Below are positions 25,220-37,394 of a stretch of 64,000 nt of DNA, piece by piece. The notes under the pieces were generated by a model, which worked only from the letters and a program-made list of their open reading frames with translations, was not told where the DNA came from and did not search any database. This stretch comes from Octopus sinensis (taxonomy: Eukaryota), in contig NC_043010.1 in NCBI RefSeq assembly GCF_006345805.1, positions 47,926,001 through 47,990,000 on the forward strand, written 5' to 3'. Each line of letters opens with the position of its first letter. Positions within the stretch are counted from its first letter, which is position 1. Made by a program: the position numbers and the translations under genes.

Positions 25220-25309
25220 CTGGATTTAAAGAATAAAGGTTTTTGATAATGCTTGCCATCACAGGAGGGGATATAGTGAAGGGAACAGACAAAGCTTTCT
25301 CCAACAAAT
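25220..25309 (-). CDS. CACUL1: CACUL1 coding exon 6 (LLEKALSVPFTISPPVMASIIKNLYSLNP)
   Basis: Acceptor ctttgcAG (25311-25310), donor GTAATT, 90 nt, phase 1/1. Confidence 0.95.
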
Positions 25310-26609
25310 CTGCAAAGATACAAAGGAAGCATTTAGACACATGCCATAAAAGCCAAAAATGGTGGAATCTTAAATGCTGTTCACTACAAACCATCACAAT
25401 TTAAAAAAGTAAAATTACTGGATTATTTCTCCTAGAAATGAACAAAAGTTCGAGAAAGTGATTAATTTATAAGAAATTTCTATGTCAGCTTTAACAAAAG
25501 GAGTTTTGTGACTTTTTGTTGCCTTCTTTTTTCGAAAATATTTTAATGCTCCTGGTTTAACCCCAACACATACCTAACACTTACTACTTCTATGAAATAG
25601 ATGGGGCAGTCATACATTTGAATGCAACTATAATAGTAGATTTATGGGACACAGGCACTAGATATCCAGTGACTACTAGCATCTCATAGATTTGCTTGTT
25701 TGAAGCTGACCTGGGGTTAAACAGCAACAATTGTTGTTGTTGTTTAGTACCAGATTATCTTTGACCAAGCAGACCTATAACCAAAGGCATTCCGACTGCA
25801 ACCAACTCATCTTTTTCCTTGTGCAGAGATTATATTATCTGTATCCTTTTCTAATATTTGGCTTCTATTTATAGAAGATCAAGCAACCATACACAGACAT
25901 TCCTTTGTATTTGTTATTGGCAAGATGAGTCTATAATTGGATGGAATTCTGGTATAAACACCCCATATAATCTCCCATAACTTTTTTATTTTTTGGAATT
26001 TTCTGAATTTCTGAATTGTATGGGAATTCATACAATTATGCTAAAAAAGGAAATCTTTCTTTGCCTATGTGATTTAATAGCAATTTAGCTGTTACTTTTC
26101 GGCACATCTCATGACCACCTAATACCTTCCTCGTTTCTTTGTCATTTTGACATGTATTGATGTTTTTCGATATTTTTCTCCCCATAAACACATTTAATAG
26201 AATGATGATGCACCCAAGAGTGGTCCATTGCTGAGATTTAATCAAAAAATTTGAACTGTCCATAAACAGATTTTAAAAAAGTGAAACTTTTAGGATTTAT
26301 AGGGCGGTGGGGGTTACAAAGTTTTTTTTCATAATCGTATGTGTTTAACTGGTACTTATTTTATGGACCCCGAAAGAATGAAAGGCAAAGTAGACTCTGG
26401 CAGCAGAATTTAAACCCAGAATGTAAAGACAGACAAAATGCTTAGCAGCAAGAAATCTCAAGAACTGCTGTATGGATTTGGATGAAACTTTCAAGGATGT
26501 TTGGCCTCATGACTGGCACGGTCTCATTAGATTTTGGGACCTATCCGGTACCAGACAAGGATCCTGGATTATTTTTCCAATTTTTTTTTACTTTACATAC
26601 ATCTATATG

Positions 26610-26886
26610 TAATGTTTCACATAGTTCTCTTGTATATACACACACATACACACATATACTCACATATCTTCAGCGTTGAACATTACCATCCCATTTCCAT
26701 TGTACACACACACACATGCACGCAAACATACCTCTCTTTTACACACACATATATTCATACTTCAAACGCCGTTTATCAGCTTTTTCACCCCTTCCTTCGA
26801 TATTCATCTATCACCCCTTCCTTTCTCATTCATATGATGCTCTCTTTGCCATTTATCTCCTCTGCCTTCACCTCTCACTCAGGCTC

Positions 26887-26949
<63 letters not shown>

Positions 26950-26990
26950 CACAAATATATAAAAAGACAACGCTCATTATTATATTAGGA
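26610..26990. repeat. Unclassified dispersed repeat, homologous to ~35670-36150
   Basis: Shared CCCATTT(C/-)(C/T)ATTGTACACACAC, CCTTCCTTC(G/A)ATATTCATCTATCACCCCTT and ACAAATATATAAAAA blocks. Confidence 0.6.
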
Positions 26991-28000
26991 GATTATACAT
27001 ACATTTCAACACTTTACAATATACTTACATATATACATAATTCTATACATCAATCTAAAACAATAGGATTACTAAGGGAAGCCCAGAATTTAAGAGAAGG
27101 GAAAACCAAAAGGTCTCATGATATTCATTGAAGGATTTTATTTCAGATATTCTCATTTTAAAAATCATCTCCAGTTAATCATTGAGAGGATGTTGGTGTT
27201 GCATTGGCTCTCTGAGTGCTCTTGTTGTTGTTGTTGTTGTTGTTATTGTTATTATTATTATTATTATTAAGGCAGCAAGCTGGCAGAATTGTTAGCCTCC
27301 TGGGCAAAATATTTAGCAGCATTTCATCCATCTTTACGTTTTGAGTTCAAATTCCACCAAACTCAGCTTTGCCTTTCATTTTGTTGGGGGTCAATAAAAA
27401 TAAGTACTAGTTGAACACTGGCGTCAATATAATTGACTTATCCCTCCCTCAAAATTGCTGTCCTTGTGCCAAAATTTGAAACTATTATTATTATTATCAT
27501 TATCACTACTATTATTATTATCATTATTATTATTATTATTATTATTATTGTTGTGGCAAACTGGTAGAATAGTCAGTACACCAGGCGAAATGCTTGGCAG
27601 TATTTCTCCCATCGTTACATTCTGAGTTCAAATTCCGCCGAGGTTGACTTTGCCTTTCATCCATTCGGGGTCGATAAATTAAGTACCAGTCAAATACTGG
27701 GGTCAATATGATCAACTTTCTCCCACCCACAAAATTTCAGGCCTTGTGCTTATAACAAAAAGGATTATTATTATTATTATTATCATTATTATTATTATAA
27801 TTATTGTTATTATTATTATTATTAGTTCTTACATAGACCCCTAAAAGATAAAATACAAAGCTGACTTTGGTGAGATTTGAACTCAGAGTGTAAAGGGTCA
27901 TAACTAAATACTGCAAGGCAACTCTGTGCAATGCTCTAGTGATGCACTGAACAAAGCAAGCGATTCGGCATACAATTATAATTTATGTTAATATACTCAC

Positions 28001-28103
28001 TAAGTAAGTTATTCACATGCTGCTCTACAACAATCTCGCTAAACAGATTTCTCAGTTCTTTATTTAGGTCTGTCTTTAATTTGGTTTCCACATAAAACCG
28101 GTT
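28001..28103 (-). CDS. CACUL1: CACUL1 coding exon 5 (NRFYVETKLKTDLNKELRNLFSEIVVEQHVNNLL)
   Basis: Acceptor tttcAG (28105-28104), donor GTGAGT (28000-27995), 103 nt, phase 0/1. Confidence 0.95.
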
Positions 28104-28439
28104 CTGAAACGGAAGAAAAAGAAAAACAATAGAAACAAAATTGAAAATTAAGTAAATCTGCAGAATAAATAAGCTGAGATGAGCTGCAATAAAGTACTCC
28201 ATAAAAAAAGGTAATGAAGATAATGCTATTAATGATTATGGTTGTTGCCCTTATTGATAAGCGCTGATCAGTTCTAAAGCAAGAGTCTCAAATCTTATAA
28301 TAATAACGAACTTATTGTATCTCATCAGAAAAAGTAACCAAAACTGCATGAACAGAACACAGAATATGTACAGGAAGTTAACAGTAAATAAGTCTTAAAA
28401 GAAAAAAAACAACAGGGGTTGGGGTATCAAGTGTACCAT

Positions 28440-28680
28440 TGGGGAATTTCATTAAGCATGGAAGTTTTGAAGGACTGGCTGATGACAGTCAAGGCTAATC
28501 TGGAACCCAACCTAGGCCCCCACATCTACGGCGTTCGCCGCTGGAATAAGGAGTGGTTGGAGATCACGAGGTCGTTAGCCTCAAATCGCCAGGTCTGGTT
28601 GGCGTTTGTGAGAGATGCAGCAATGAGGATGAATGAAGCCAGCTCAACCCACCCCTGAATGCTGTCTCAAGGCAAGAAGA
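28440..28680 (+). mobile_element. RTE-like LINE C-terminal fragment (third family)
   Basis: WLMTVKANLEPNLGPHIYGVRRWNKEWLEITRSLASNRQVWLAFVRDA, typical of the RTE ORF end (...A.DR..W...VRD). Confidence 0.6.
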
Positions 28681-29909
28681 AAGATGTAGTGTTCTTGACA
28701 GTTAATAACTGTAGCAGGTAGTTTATACCATGCTTCAACAATTCTGAGGGTAAAAGAATGTTTCCAAAAGTCACAGGTGCTGTGTTGTTTTTGGTTTTGT
28801 AAGCATGTCCAAGAGTGTTTGTCATATGGAATTCAAAATAGGTGCCCAAAGTTATTGTTAGAAAGATGGTGAATAATATTGTGGGTGTCTCCCAAATCAG
28901 TTGTGTAACTCAATACCCAATTTCACTGAACGGTGTTTTACAAACACTCCTTTCACATGATTTCGCAAATGAAAAGTTTTAAGAAATGTCAATTATTTAA
29001 CCAAACAAAAAACTTATTTTATGCATTGATTTATTATCCATATATAGGCACAGGTAGTGTGGTAAGAAGTTTGCTTCTGAACCAAATGGTCTTAGGTTCA
29101 GTCCCCACTGCATGGCACCTTGGGCAAATGTCTTCTACTATAGCTCCAAGCCTTGTGAATGGATTTGGTAGATGAAAACTGAAAGAAGCCCATTGTATGT
29201 ATGTATGTATGTATGTATGTGTGTGTGTGTATGTATGAATGCATGTATGCACGCATGCATGTATGTATGCATGTATGCGTGTATGTATGTATGCATGTAT
29301 GTATGCATGCATGTATTGTTTGATGAACAGCAATGTGAAATTCTGTGTAACAGTTTGTGAAGATTTTTTTGGCTATTTGAGTACTATTACTGTCTGCTTT
29401 CTATATGCAGCCTTCTCAGAGATTCATAATTTCCATTTTCTTTCTCATATGTCTTTACATATGCATATGTATATGTGACAGGTTTCCATACAGTTTCTGT
29501 TGACCAATTTCACTTACAAGGCATTGGGTGATCTGAGGTGACAGTAAAAGACACTTGCCCAAAGTGCCATATAGTGAAATACAAATGAAACTGTGTGGTC
29601 ACAAAGCAAACTCCATATCCATACAACCATACCTGTGACTGTCCAGAAAAACACAAATTAACAGAATGCCTATTCTATATGAAGACTCAAGAACCATGAG
29701 TCAACAATTAAATACCTTATCCATTAGGTCACTTAAAAAAAATCACCTATAATGGTTGAGGATAACTGAAAAGGATTTGAGAACAAAATTATATTAAAGA
29801 AATAACATTGTACAATTTCAGTCATTTCATTTTCATCCTCTTGGTCCAAAGACAAATTCATTACAATTCCCAAATCATGTTCATAACTGCTGTTAGCAAA
29901 ACTACTCAC

Positions 29910-30005
29910 CATGTAATTGAATATTGGCACAATTCCATTTAAAGCTTGTAAATACTGGTTCATTAACACAGAAAATCGTTCAACAAACATTGTGGAATCA
30001 CTCCG
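29910..30005 (-). CDS. CACUL1: CACUL1 coding exon 4 (RSDSTMFVERFSVLMNQYLQALNGIVPIFNYM)
   Basis: Acceptor tttttcctcttcAG (30007-30006), donor GTGAGT, 96 nt, phase 0/0. Confidence 0.95.
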
Positions 30006-30233
30006 CTGAAGAGGAAAAAAAAATGAAAATAAAATTTAGAACATAAAAGAAATAAAAATAATCACACATGTCATTATTAGTGCTGGTATTATTAAATTTT
30101 ATTCAACTAAAGTTGTGAATTAATGAATAATCAAAGCTATGGGGCTCAGTGTAACATAGAAATGCACTGGCTTACCCTAAGTATACTAAATGAAAACTTC
30201 ATCTTTATGTAGTGTATCCAGTATATCTAGACA

Positions 30234-30462
30234 GTAACCCTTTAGCATCCAGATTACTCTGTCAAGTGTAATGCTTATTTATTCATATCAATTTGTATTA
30301 GTCATGCATCATCTTGTAGCTTTGAAACTTCAATGACGTGACTGTTTACCTTTAGAATGACATTGTAGGGTAAGTGTGAGAGATCAAATCTGGCCAGTTT
30401 GAACATAAAAACAGGTAGAACATTTGGGCCAGATATAGCCAGTTTAAAATCTAAAGGATTAA
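30234..30462. mobile_element. piggyBac-type MITE copy (opposite orientation)
   Basis: TAACCCTTTAGCAT...CTAAAGGATTAA; partial copies follow at ~30580-30680 and 31620-31730. Confidence 0.75.
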
Positions 30463-31751
30463 GCTAATGACTATATTGTCAGTGATCCAGTATCTTAATC
30501 TTGCCATTACTGTAATTTTCATCTTCTGCAAGGTTTTATCTTTGAATAATATTTTGCAGTTTTTCTACAAACTACAATAATATCTTAGGGTAAGTGTGAG
30601 AGGCCAGATCTGGCCAGCTTGAACATTAAACAGGTAAAATATTTTGGTTAGACGAGGCCAGTTTAAATGTTAAAGGTTTAAACTGCATCTGTTGCTGAGG
30701 TTACAGTTCAGGAGCTCTGGAGTTGTGGGGTGTGTGGAGTCACCCCTTAATTTCCATTAATCTCAAGTCTGTTCTAACCTGGAATGGTAGTATCTGTCAG
30801 GATCACAACTATAGGTTAAATAGAATTTTGTAAGCATAAATTGAGCTCCAAAACTCCAAAATTAATACTCCCTTCCAACATGTCCAAAGCCAGCATGGAA
30901 GAGTATGACTGATGAAAGAAACTAACATGAAATATTTCCAATAACATAGATTTATACTATGGAAGCAACTGATATTAGTGTGCATTCTGCTGTAGGCAGA
31001 GATAGCAGGAAATGATAATCTAGAGCAAAACATCCTGGTAGACCTAATCTCTCTCCAATCCAAACAAAAAGTCCATCTTAACACACAGCAGTCTAAGAAA
31101 ACATTCATTAACCATATAATGCTCATTGATATATATGTAAGTCATGATTTGCACATACAATCTCTATTCAACTGGCATGCTGCTAGTTAAGATGACAAGG
31201 GTTCCAGTTGATCCAATCAATGGAACAAGCTGCTTGTGAAATTAATGTGCAAGTGGCTGAGCACTCCACAGACTATATGTACTCTTAACGTAGTTCACAG
31301 GGAGATTCAGTGTAACACACAATGTGACAAGGCCGAACCTTTGAATTACAAGTACATCTCATTTTGCCAGCTGAGTGAACTGGAGCAACGTGAAATAAAG
31401 TGTCTTGCTCAAGGACACAACATGCTGCTGGGAATCAAATACATGACCCTATAATTATTGGCCAAATACCCTAACCACTAACCCACAGTTACAATGTTTG
31501 AGAGTTCCTCAACTAATTGATGGACTCAGTGTCATACCAGTTATAAGTTACACACTGTAGACTAGTGTGCAACCTTTTCTGAGAAGCAGGTCACACGAGA
31601 CATGACACATCATCAGGCAAGCTGGACTACATTGTAGATTATGTGTGAGAGGCCAGATCTGGTTGGTTTGAACATAGAAGAGATAGAATATTTGGGCTGG
31701 GTATGGCTGGTTTAAATGCTAAAGGATTAAAATACTGCATGTGTATCAAGA

Positions 31752-31834
31752 GATAAGGTGGGTGAGTAGTTAAAGTGATGGACTTCTAATCCACTGGGGA
31801 TCCCCCTGCATGAGTTTGAATCTCACCCTTGTTA
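31752..31834 (+). pseudogene. tRNA-Ser-derived pseudogene (long variable arm, anticodon reads TCT)
   Basis: Aligns to eukaryotic tRNA-Ser(GCT) GACGAGGTGGCCGAGTGGTTAAGGCGATGGACTGCTAATCC...GGTTCGAATCCC..CCTCGTCG. Changes are mostly CpG-type transitions; the B-box is mutated (TTTGAA). Confidence 0.75.
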
Positions 31835-33088
31835 GTAACATTTTCAAGGTGGTGCCCCAGCACAGCTGCAGTCCAATGGCTGAAACAAGTAAAAGATAGA
31901 TGTAATTCAACGATAGCACTTAGCATTTGCCAGATTAATCAGTACCATAACTCTCACCTTCCATGTCTTACTCTAACGCTTATCTTAGGTAGGACACCGT
32001 TATCCAGGTAACATATGCACAGCTGACATAAAATGTTACCATACTGTCATATAATGGATGTGGTATTAGATGTCACCAGTCTTGCCTATCTAACCAACAA
32101 AATTTTTTTTTTTTAATTAAATGAAATAATGATGATAACAACAGAGAAGCTCTAGTAATTTCTGTGTGTCAAGTGTTTCCAGTCTATTCATTCAACTGTT
32201 ATGGGTGAATGCCAGGATGTACTAATGTAGTGCAGGTAGATTTGGGGCAATGAGAGAGGGAAACTGGTGACTGAATCTTTCAGCTGAGTCTAGAGCATAG
32301 GCAAAATGAAAAGGAGTATTTCAGGTTTTGCTCTAAATGTTTTTAGATACTGATTAATACATAAACAGACTGCTTAATTAATATATCACAATCTTACTGA
32401 GAGAACATTACCTGATTCTAACTACACTGAAGTTGATGAGACCCAACTACATTTAAATTGTAATCCTTAGGTTGTTAAACCTACATGTTCTCTCAGGGGA
32501 TTATAATTCCAAATTTATTTCAGAACAAGGCTACAAATACTTTACCCAGAAATCATAGCCCCCTTTCCCACTCGAGTGGTTGATCACTACTTAATCATGG
32601 CAACCAGCAGCGTTCTTTCCTAGAGTACAACTCTTGTCCCTTGAACACATTTTTGCACTTTAACTTAGCTAACTGGTCAGAGCTCCCACCCATTCTATAC
32701 TAACTACCCTTTGTAAATAATGTACTGTACTTCTGACCGGTCCAAGAGAATTATCGACGTGACAAATTTCTAGGTATATTCTTCTGACCGGTCCAAGAGA
32801 ATTATCGACGTGACCAATTTCTAGGTATGTTCTTCTACATCACTCACACAACCCTAAAATTCCTGAGTTATTTACTCATTGCTTCAGGAGAGACAAGAGA
32901 AGCTTTCTGGATATAGGCAGAGGGTTGGCTTTGTGATATGAAGCTTGCTTCCCAACCACATGGTCCTAGGTTCAGTCCCACTGCATGGCACAATGGGCAA
33001 GTGTCTTCTACTATAGCCTCAGGCTGACCAAAGCCTTGTGAGTGGATTTGGTAGACGGAAACTGAATGAAGCCTGTTGTATATGTATG

Positions 33089-33125
<37 letters not shown>

Positions 33126-33253
33126 ATTTGTTTCCCATCACCACCACCACCACTTGACAACCGGTGTTAGTGCATTTATATCCCGAGCTGGCAGAATCGT
33201 TAGCATGCCGGGCGAAATGTTCATATGTTGAGGTATGCCTGTATATCCCTAAA

Positions 33254-33459
33254 TTCAAAATGTGACCGCGTGTGTACCGTTGGCGATTTTTTTCCCTCTG
33301 TCTTCCTTTTTCCGGATCTTTTCTTCTCCTATGTTTCCGACGAAGAGCTCCGCTCGAAACGTTAAACCCTCCTTCTTTCCTGAGCGTCCAATAATACTAT
33401 ATTTGTTCCACGTCCTCGCATTGTTGTGTTTTTTTGTGCTTTCTTGTTTGGATTAACTT
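33254..33459 (+). mobile_element. 206-bp short retroelement (Penelope pseudo-LTR/retrozyme-like) carrying a hammerhead-like motif, 12-bp TSD
   Basis: TATATCCCTAAA at 33242-33253 and 33460-33471. Motif GTTT-CCGACGA-A-GAGC(TCC)GCTC-GAAAC-GTT-AAAC at 33333-33367. CpGs intact. Confidence 0.65.
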
Positions 33460-33696
33460 TATATCCCTAAAAATCTCTTCTAAATTCCTAAATTCCTACA
33501 GCCTATTTATCAGGTGAAACAAACAATTTTCATGTTTTCTTGTATGATATGGTCATGTGTGTATGTGTATGCATGCAATCTGTACTAGTGCATTTGTGTA
33601 TCTGTTGCCTAAGCATGTGTGTGTGGTGTGTGTGTGTGAGAGAGAGAGAAAGAGAGAGAAATGGTTAAGAAAAAGACTCAAGGCACAGTTACTTAC

Positions 33697-33805
33697 ACAC
33701 TCCTTTAGATGGGAATCAACCTGGCCTAGGTGGCGGCGGATGTGATTGATCAGGTCTGTATAGAGGCGCTCTGAGAACTGTTTACACACACATTTGTAGA
33801 CACAA
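33697..33805 (-). CDS. CACUL1: CACUL1 coding exon 3 (SCVYKCVCKQFSERLYTDLINHIRRHLGQVDSHLKEC)
   Basis: Acceptor tcttttcAG (33807-33806), donor GTAAGT (33696-33691), 109 nt, phase 2/0. Confidence 0.95.
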
Positions 33806-34187
33806 CTGAAAAGACAGGACTTTTAGGAATTTAAAACAATGGTATATGGTTCATAGACTACAAAAATACTGGCTTTTATAGTGTTTGGCATAGTTTCAAA
33901 AACACACACACACATGCACACTAAACACAAACATGTGCTTATGGATATACACATGGTCTTCTGTTCACTACCAACAGGCATTTTTCAGAGATCTTCCACT
34001 TAGCAAGCTGCACAATTATGAAATGATACTAAAACACCATTAATTTAAATACTGGTTTCAAATTTTGGCACAAGGCCAGTAATTTCATGGGAGGGGGTAA
34101 GTCAAATACATCGATCCCAATGATCAGCTGGGCTGGGTATGGCTGGTTTAAATGCTAAAGGATTAAAATACTGCATGTGTATCAGGA

Positions 34188-34270
34188 GATGAGGTGGCTG
34201 AGTAGTTAAAGTGATGGACTTCTAATCCACTGGGGACCCCGCTGCATGAGTTTGAATCTCACCCTTGTTA
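34188..34270 (+). pseudogene. Second copy of the tRNA-Ser-derived pseudogene
   Basis: Part of a 161-bp local duplication (34129-34289) of 31693-31853. Confidence 0.75.
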
Positions 34271-37197
34271 GTAACATTTTCAAGGTGGTACTTATTTTAT
34301 TGATCCTGACGAGATGAAAGATATATTAACCACGGTGGAATTTGAACTCAGAATGTAAAGATGGATGAAATGCTGCTCAGCATTTTGCCCAGCGTGCTAA
34401 CAATTCTGCCAGCTTACAACCCTCACTAATTTAAATATTAAAGTACATTTTGATTGGGTTTTTTTTAATATATTAATATATTTAAATCTCAAAAGCAAAT
34501 CTTTCTAAAAAGCAAACAAACAAAATAAACACTTTCACTGCATCACTCATGGGATTGCCATTTCCAAAAAACAGGTCTCCACTGTAGATGTACAAAATGT
34601 GAAATAGAGCTTTATATATATATATAAGAGATAATGGTGTCATTGAGACCCAAAGGTGTCAGGTAACGCTGAATAAGTGCCATAGACAGACCATAGTTAA
34701 GTTCCAGATTCGGTAATATTGCAAATAAAGGGTTCAACGTTGGTTCTATGTCAGTGTGTGTATATAAGAATTTTTTGCGTAATAAGATAAAAAACCAAGG
34801 CTGTGTAGATAAATGCTCTAATATCTTATTACGCAAAAAATTCTTTTATATATATATATATATATATTCTTTTATCCTTCTACTTGTTTCTATCATTTAA
34901 CTGTGGCCATGCTGCAGCACCGCCTAGAAAAGTTTTAGTCAAACAAATCAACCCTAGGACTAATTTTTTAAAAAGCCTAGTACTTATTCTATTGGCCTGT
35001 TTTGCTGAACCACTAAGTTACAGGAATGTAAGCACACCAACACCAGTTGTCAAGCAGTGATGTAGGAACAAACACAAACATGAAGACACACACATCATCA
35101 CTTAAAGTCCATTGTTCATGCTGGCATGGGTTGGACGGTTTGACTGGGCTGGCACACTGGAAGGCTGTGCCAGGGCCCAGTCTGATTTGGCATGGTTTTC
35201 TATAGCTGGATGCCCTTCCTAACACCAACTACTCCAAGAGTGTAATGGCTGCTTTTATGTACCACCAGCATGGATGCCATTTGCTTGACACCGGTGTGCT
35301 TTTACATGCCACCAGCACAGGCACCAATCTGCATGACACCAGTATCTACCATGACTGCGATTTTGCTTGGCTTGATGGCTCTTCTTCTCAAGCACCACAT
35401 AATGCCAAAGGTCTCAGTCATTGTCTTCGTGAAGCCTACACATAGATATATATATATACATATATCTCTGACGGGCTTCTTTCAGTTTCCGTCTACCAAA
35501 TCCACTCGCAAGGCTTTGTTTATATAGTAGACGACACTAGCCCAAGGTGCTACGCTGTGGGATTGAACCCAGAAACACATGGTTGAGAAACAAAATTATT
35601 GAAAATGACGGTTAATTATAGTATTTTATATATAAATAAGGTACAAAATAGGGTACATAATAATCAGATACAAACTTTCACATATTTCCCTTGTACATGC
35701 ACACATATACTCAGAGTTGAAATACTGTTTACTTTTTCTTTTCAGCATTGAACGTTCACTGTCCCATTTCTATTGTACACACACACCCAAACATTCACAT
35801 ACCTCCCTTTTACATACACACACATATACTCACATGGAGTTGAGACGCTGATTTTTTTTCACCCTTCCTTCAATATTCATCTATCACCCCTTTCTTTCTC
35901 ATTCACATGTTGTGACTAAGAAAAAATAGAAGATACACGATGTGCTCTTTGCCACTTCCTTTCTCTCGTTGTAATTACTTCTCTCACTCTCTTTTAGTCA
36001 GGGCTATTACTCTCACTACTTCTCCTTCACTGAATTACTATTTTCTCTCCTCTCCCTTCACTTATACTACTCTTTTTCCTACTCTGTCCTAATCCTACTC
36101 TGTGATTTTGGACAAAAATATATATATACAAATATATAAAAACACTACGCTCAGGAGATATATATATTATAGTTTAGCATTGGATGATCAAAAAATGCTA
36201 TCCCTTCATGAGGAAAGGTTGGTGTCATCATTGATTACTGATTAATGACAGCAAAAGTGTACAATTTTAGGAGTACAATCTTATTCTAAACTAATATTAA
36301 GTAGGAACAAGTACAGACGCATACATATAAACAGTCAGATAAGTAAACACCCAAATCTAGAGAGGCTCTGAGAAGTGTTTACCCAGAACTGAAAAATGGG
36401 ACTTTGAGGAATATAAAACAATTGTATATGGTCCGTTCACAGAATACTAAATATGCTGGCTTTTTATAATTATTGATTTCTAACATTTTTTTTTTAAATC
36501 TTGATATTTTTTACATAAGTTTTTACAATTATTATTGATTTTACACATACATACACACTCTCTGTCTCTGTCTAACTCTCTCTTTCTCACACATTATCTC
36601 TCACTTTCTCATACATACTATATCTCTCTCTCTCTCTTCCTCCCTCCTCTCTCTCACAAACACACACAAAATATATACATATGTATATTTACATCTTCAA
36701 AGGGATCCTTCTCTTTGAGGTGAATCCACATTTTGTAAGGTGTACATTTTATAGTCTTAACACTCCATTCAAAATTTATAATATTTAGCTTTGATATATA
36801 TTTTATAAAATTAATATTCAACAATTGAAAAGTTGGAAGTTTGAAGATAAAAATAAAGAAAACTTTTCAAAGATCAGAACTGACAGCTAAATAGACATAA
36901 TCTCTGAAGGAGACAGCAGTTGCTTTTTTATTAGAAGACTTGGAAGAATAAAGAATAGAATCTATGTTTATATCATGTAATTATTGTGGTGGTTGTCCCA
37001 ATAGAAGTCCAATGTCGGAATTTGATTGGAAGTGACAGAATAAACTCAATTTGGATTGATTTGAAACTTGAAACTTCTGGGAGAACTTGATCACAAGAAC
37101 TGCCTGCCTTGAACAAATTTGGTTGATGAATTTTCATTCTATTCAGAATACATTTGCAAGCAGAAAGCAATGTTCCACTATAACCTACTTTTATATT

Positions 37198-37394
37198 CTT
37201 TTCTACTCTAGGCACAAGGCCTGAACTTTTTGGGGAGAGGGGCCAGTACGCAACTAGTACTTTTAATTTATTGACTCCAAAAGGATGAAAGGCAAAGTCG
37301 ACCTCAGCGGAATTTGAACTCAGAATGTAAAGGCAGACGAAATACTGCTAAGCATCTCATCCGGCATGCTAACGTTTCTGCCAGCTTGCCACCT
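37198..37394 (-). mobile_element. SINE family B with 17-bp target-site duplication
   Basis: TAACCTACTTTTATATT at 37181-37197 and 37395-37411; same core as above. Further copies at ~340-640, 4290-4505, 5755-5935, 15150-15370, 16410-16750, 24980-25120, 27270-27760, 34050-34420, 43200-43380 and 55450-55525. Confidence 0.85.
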
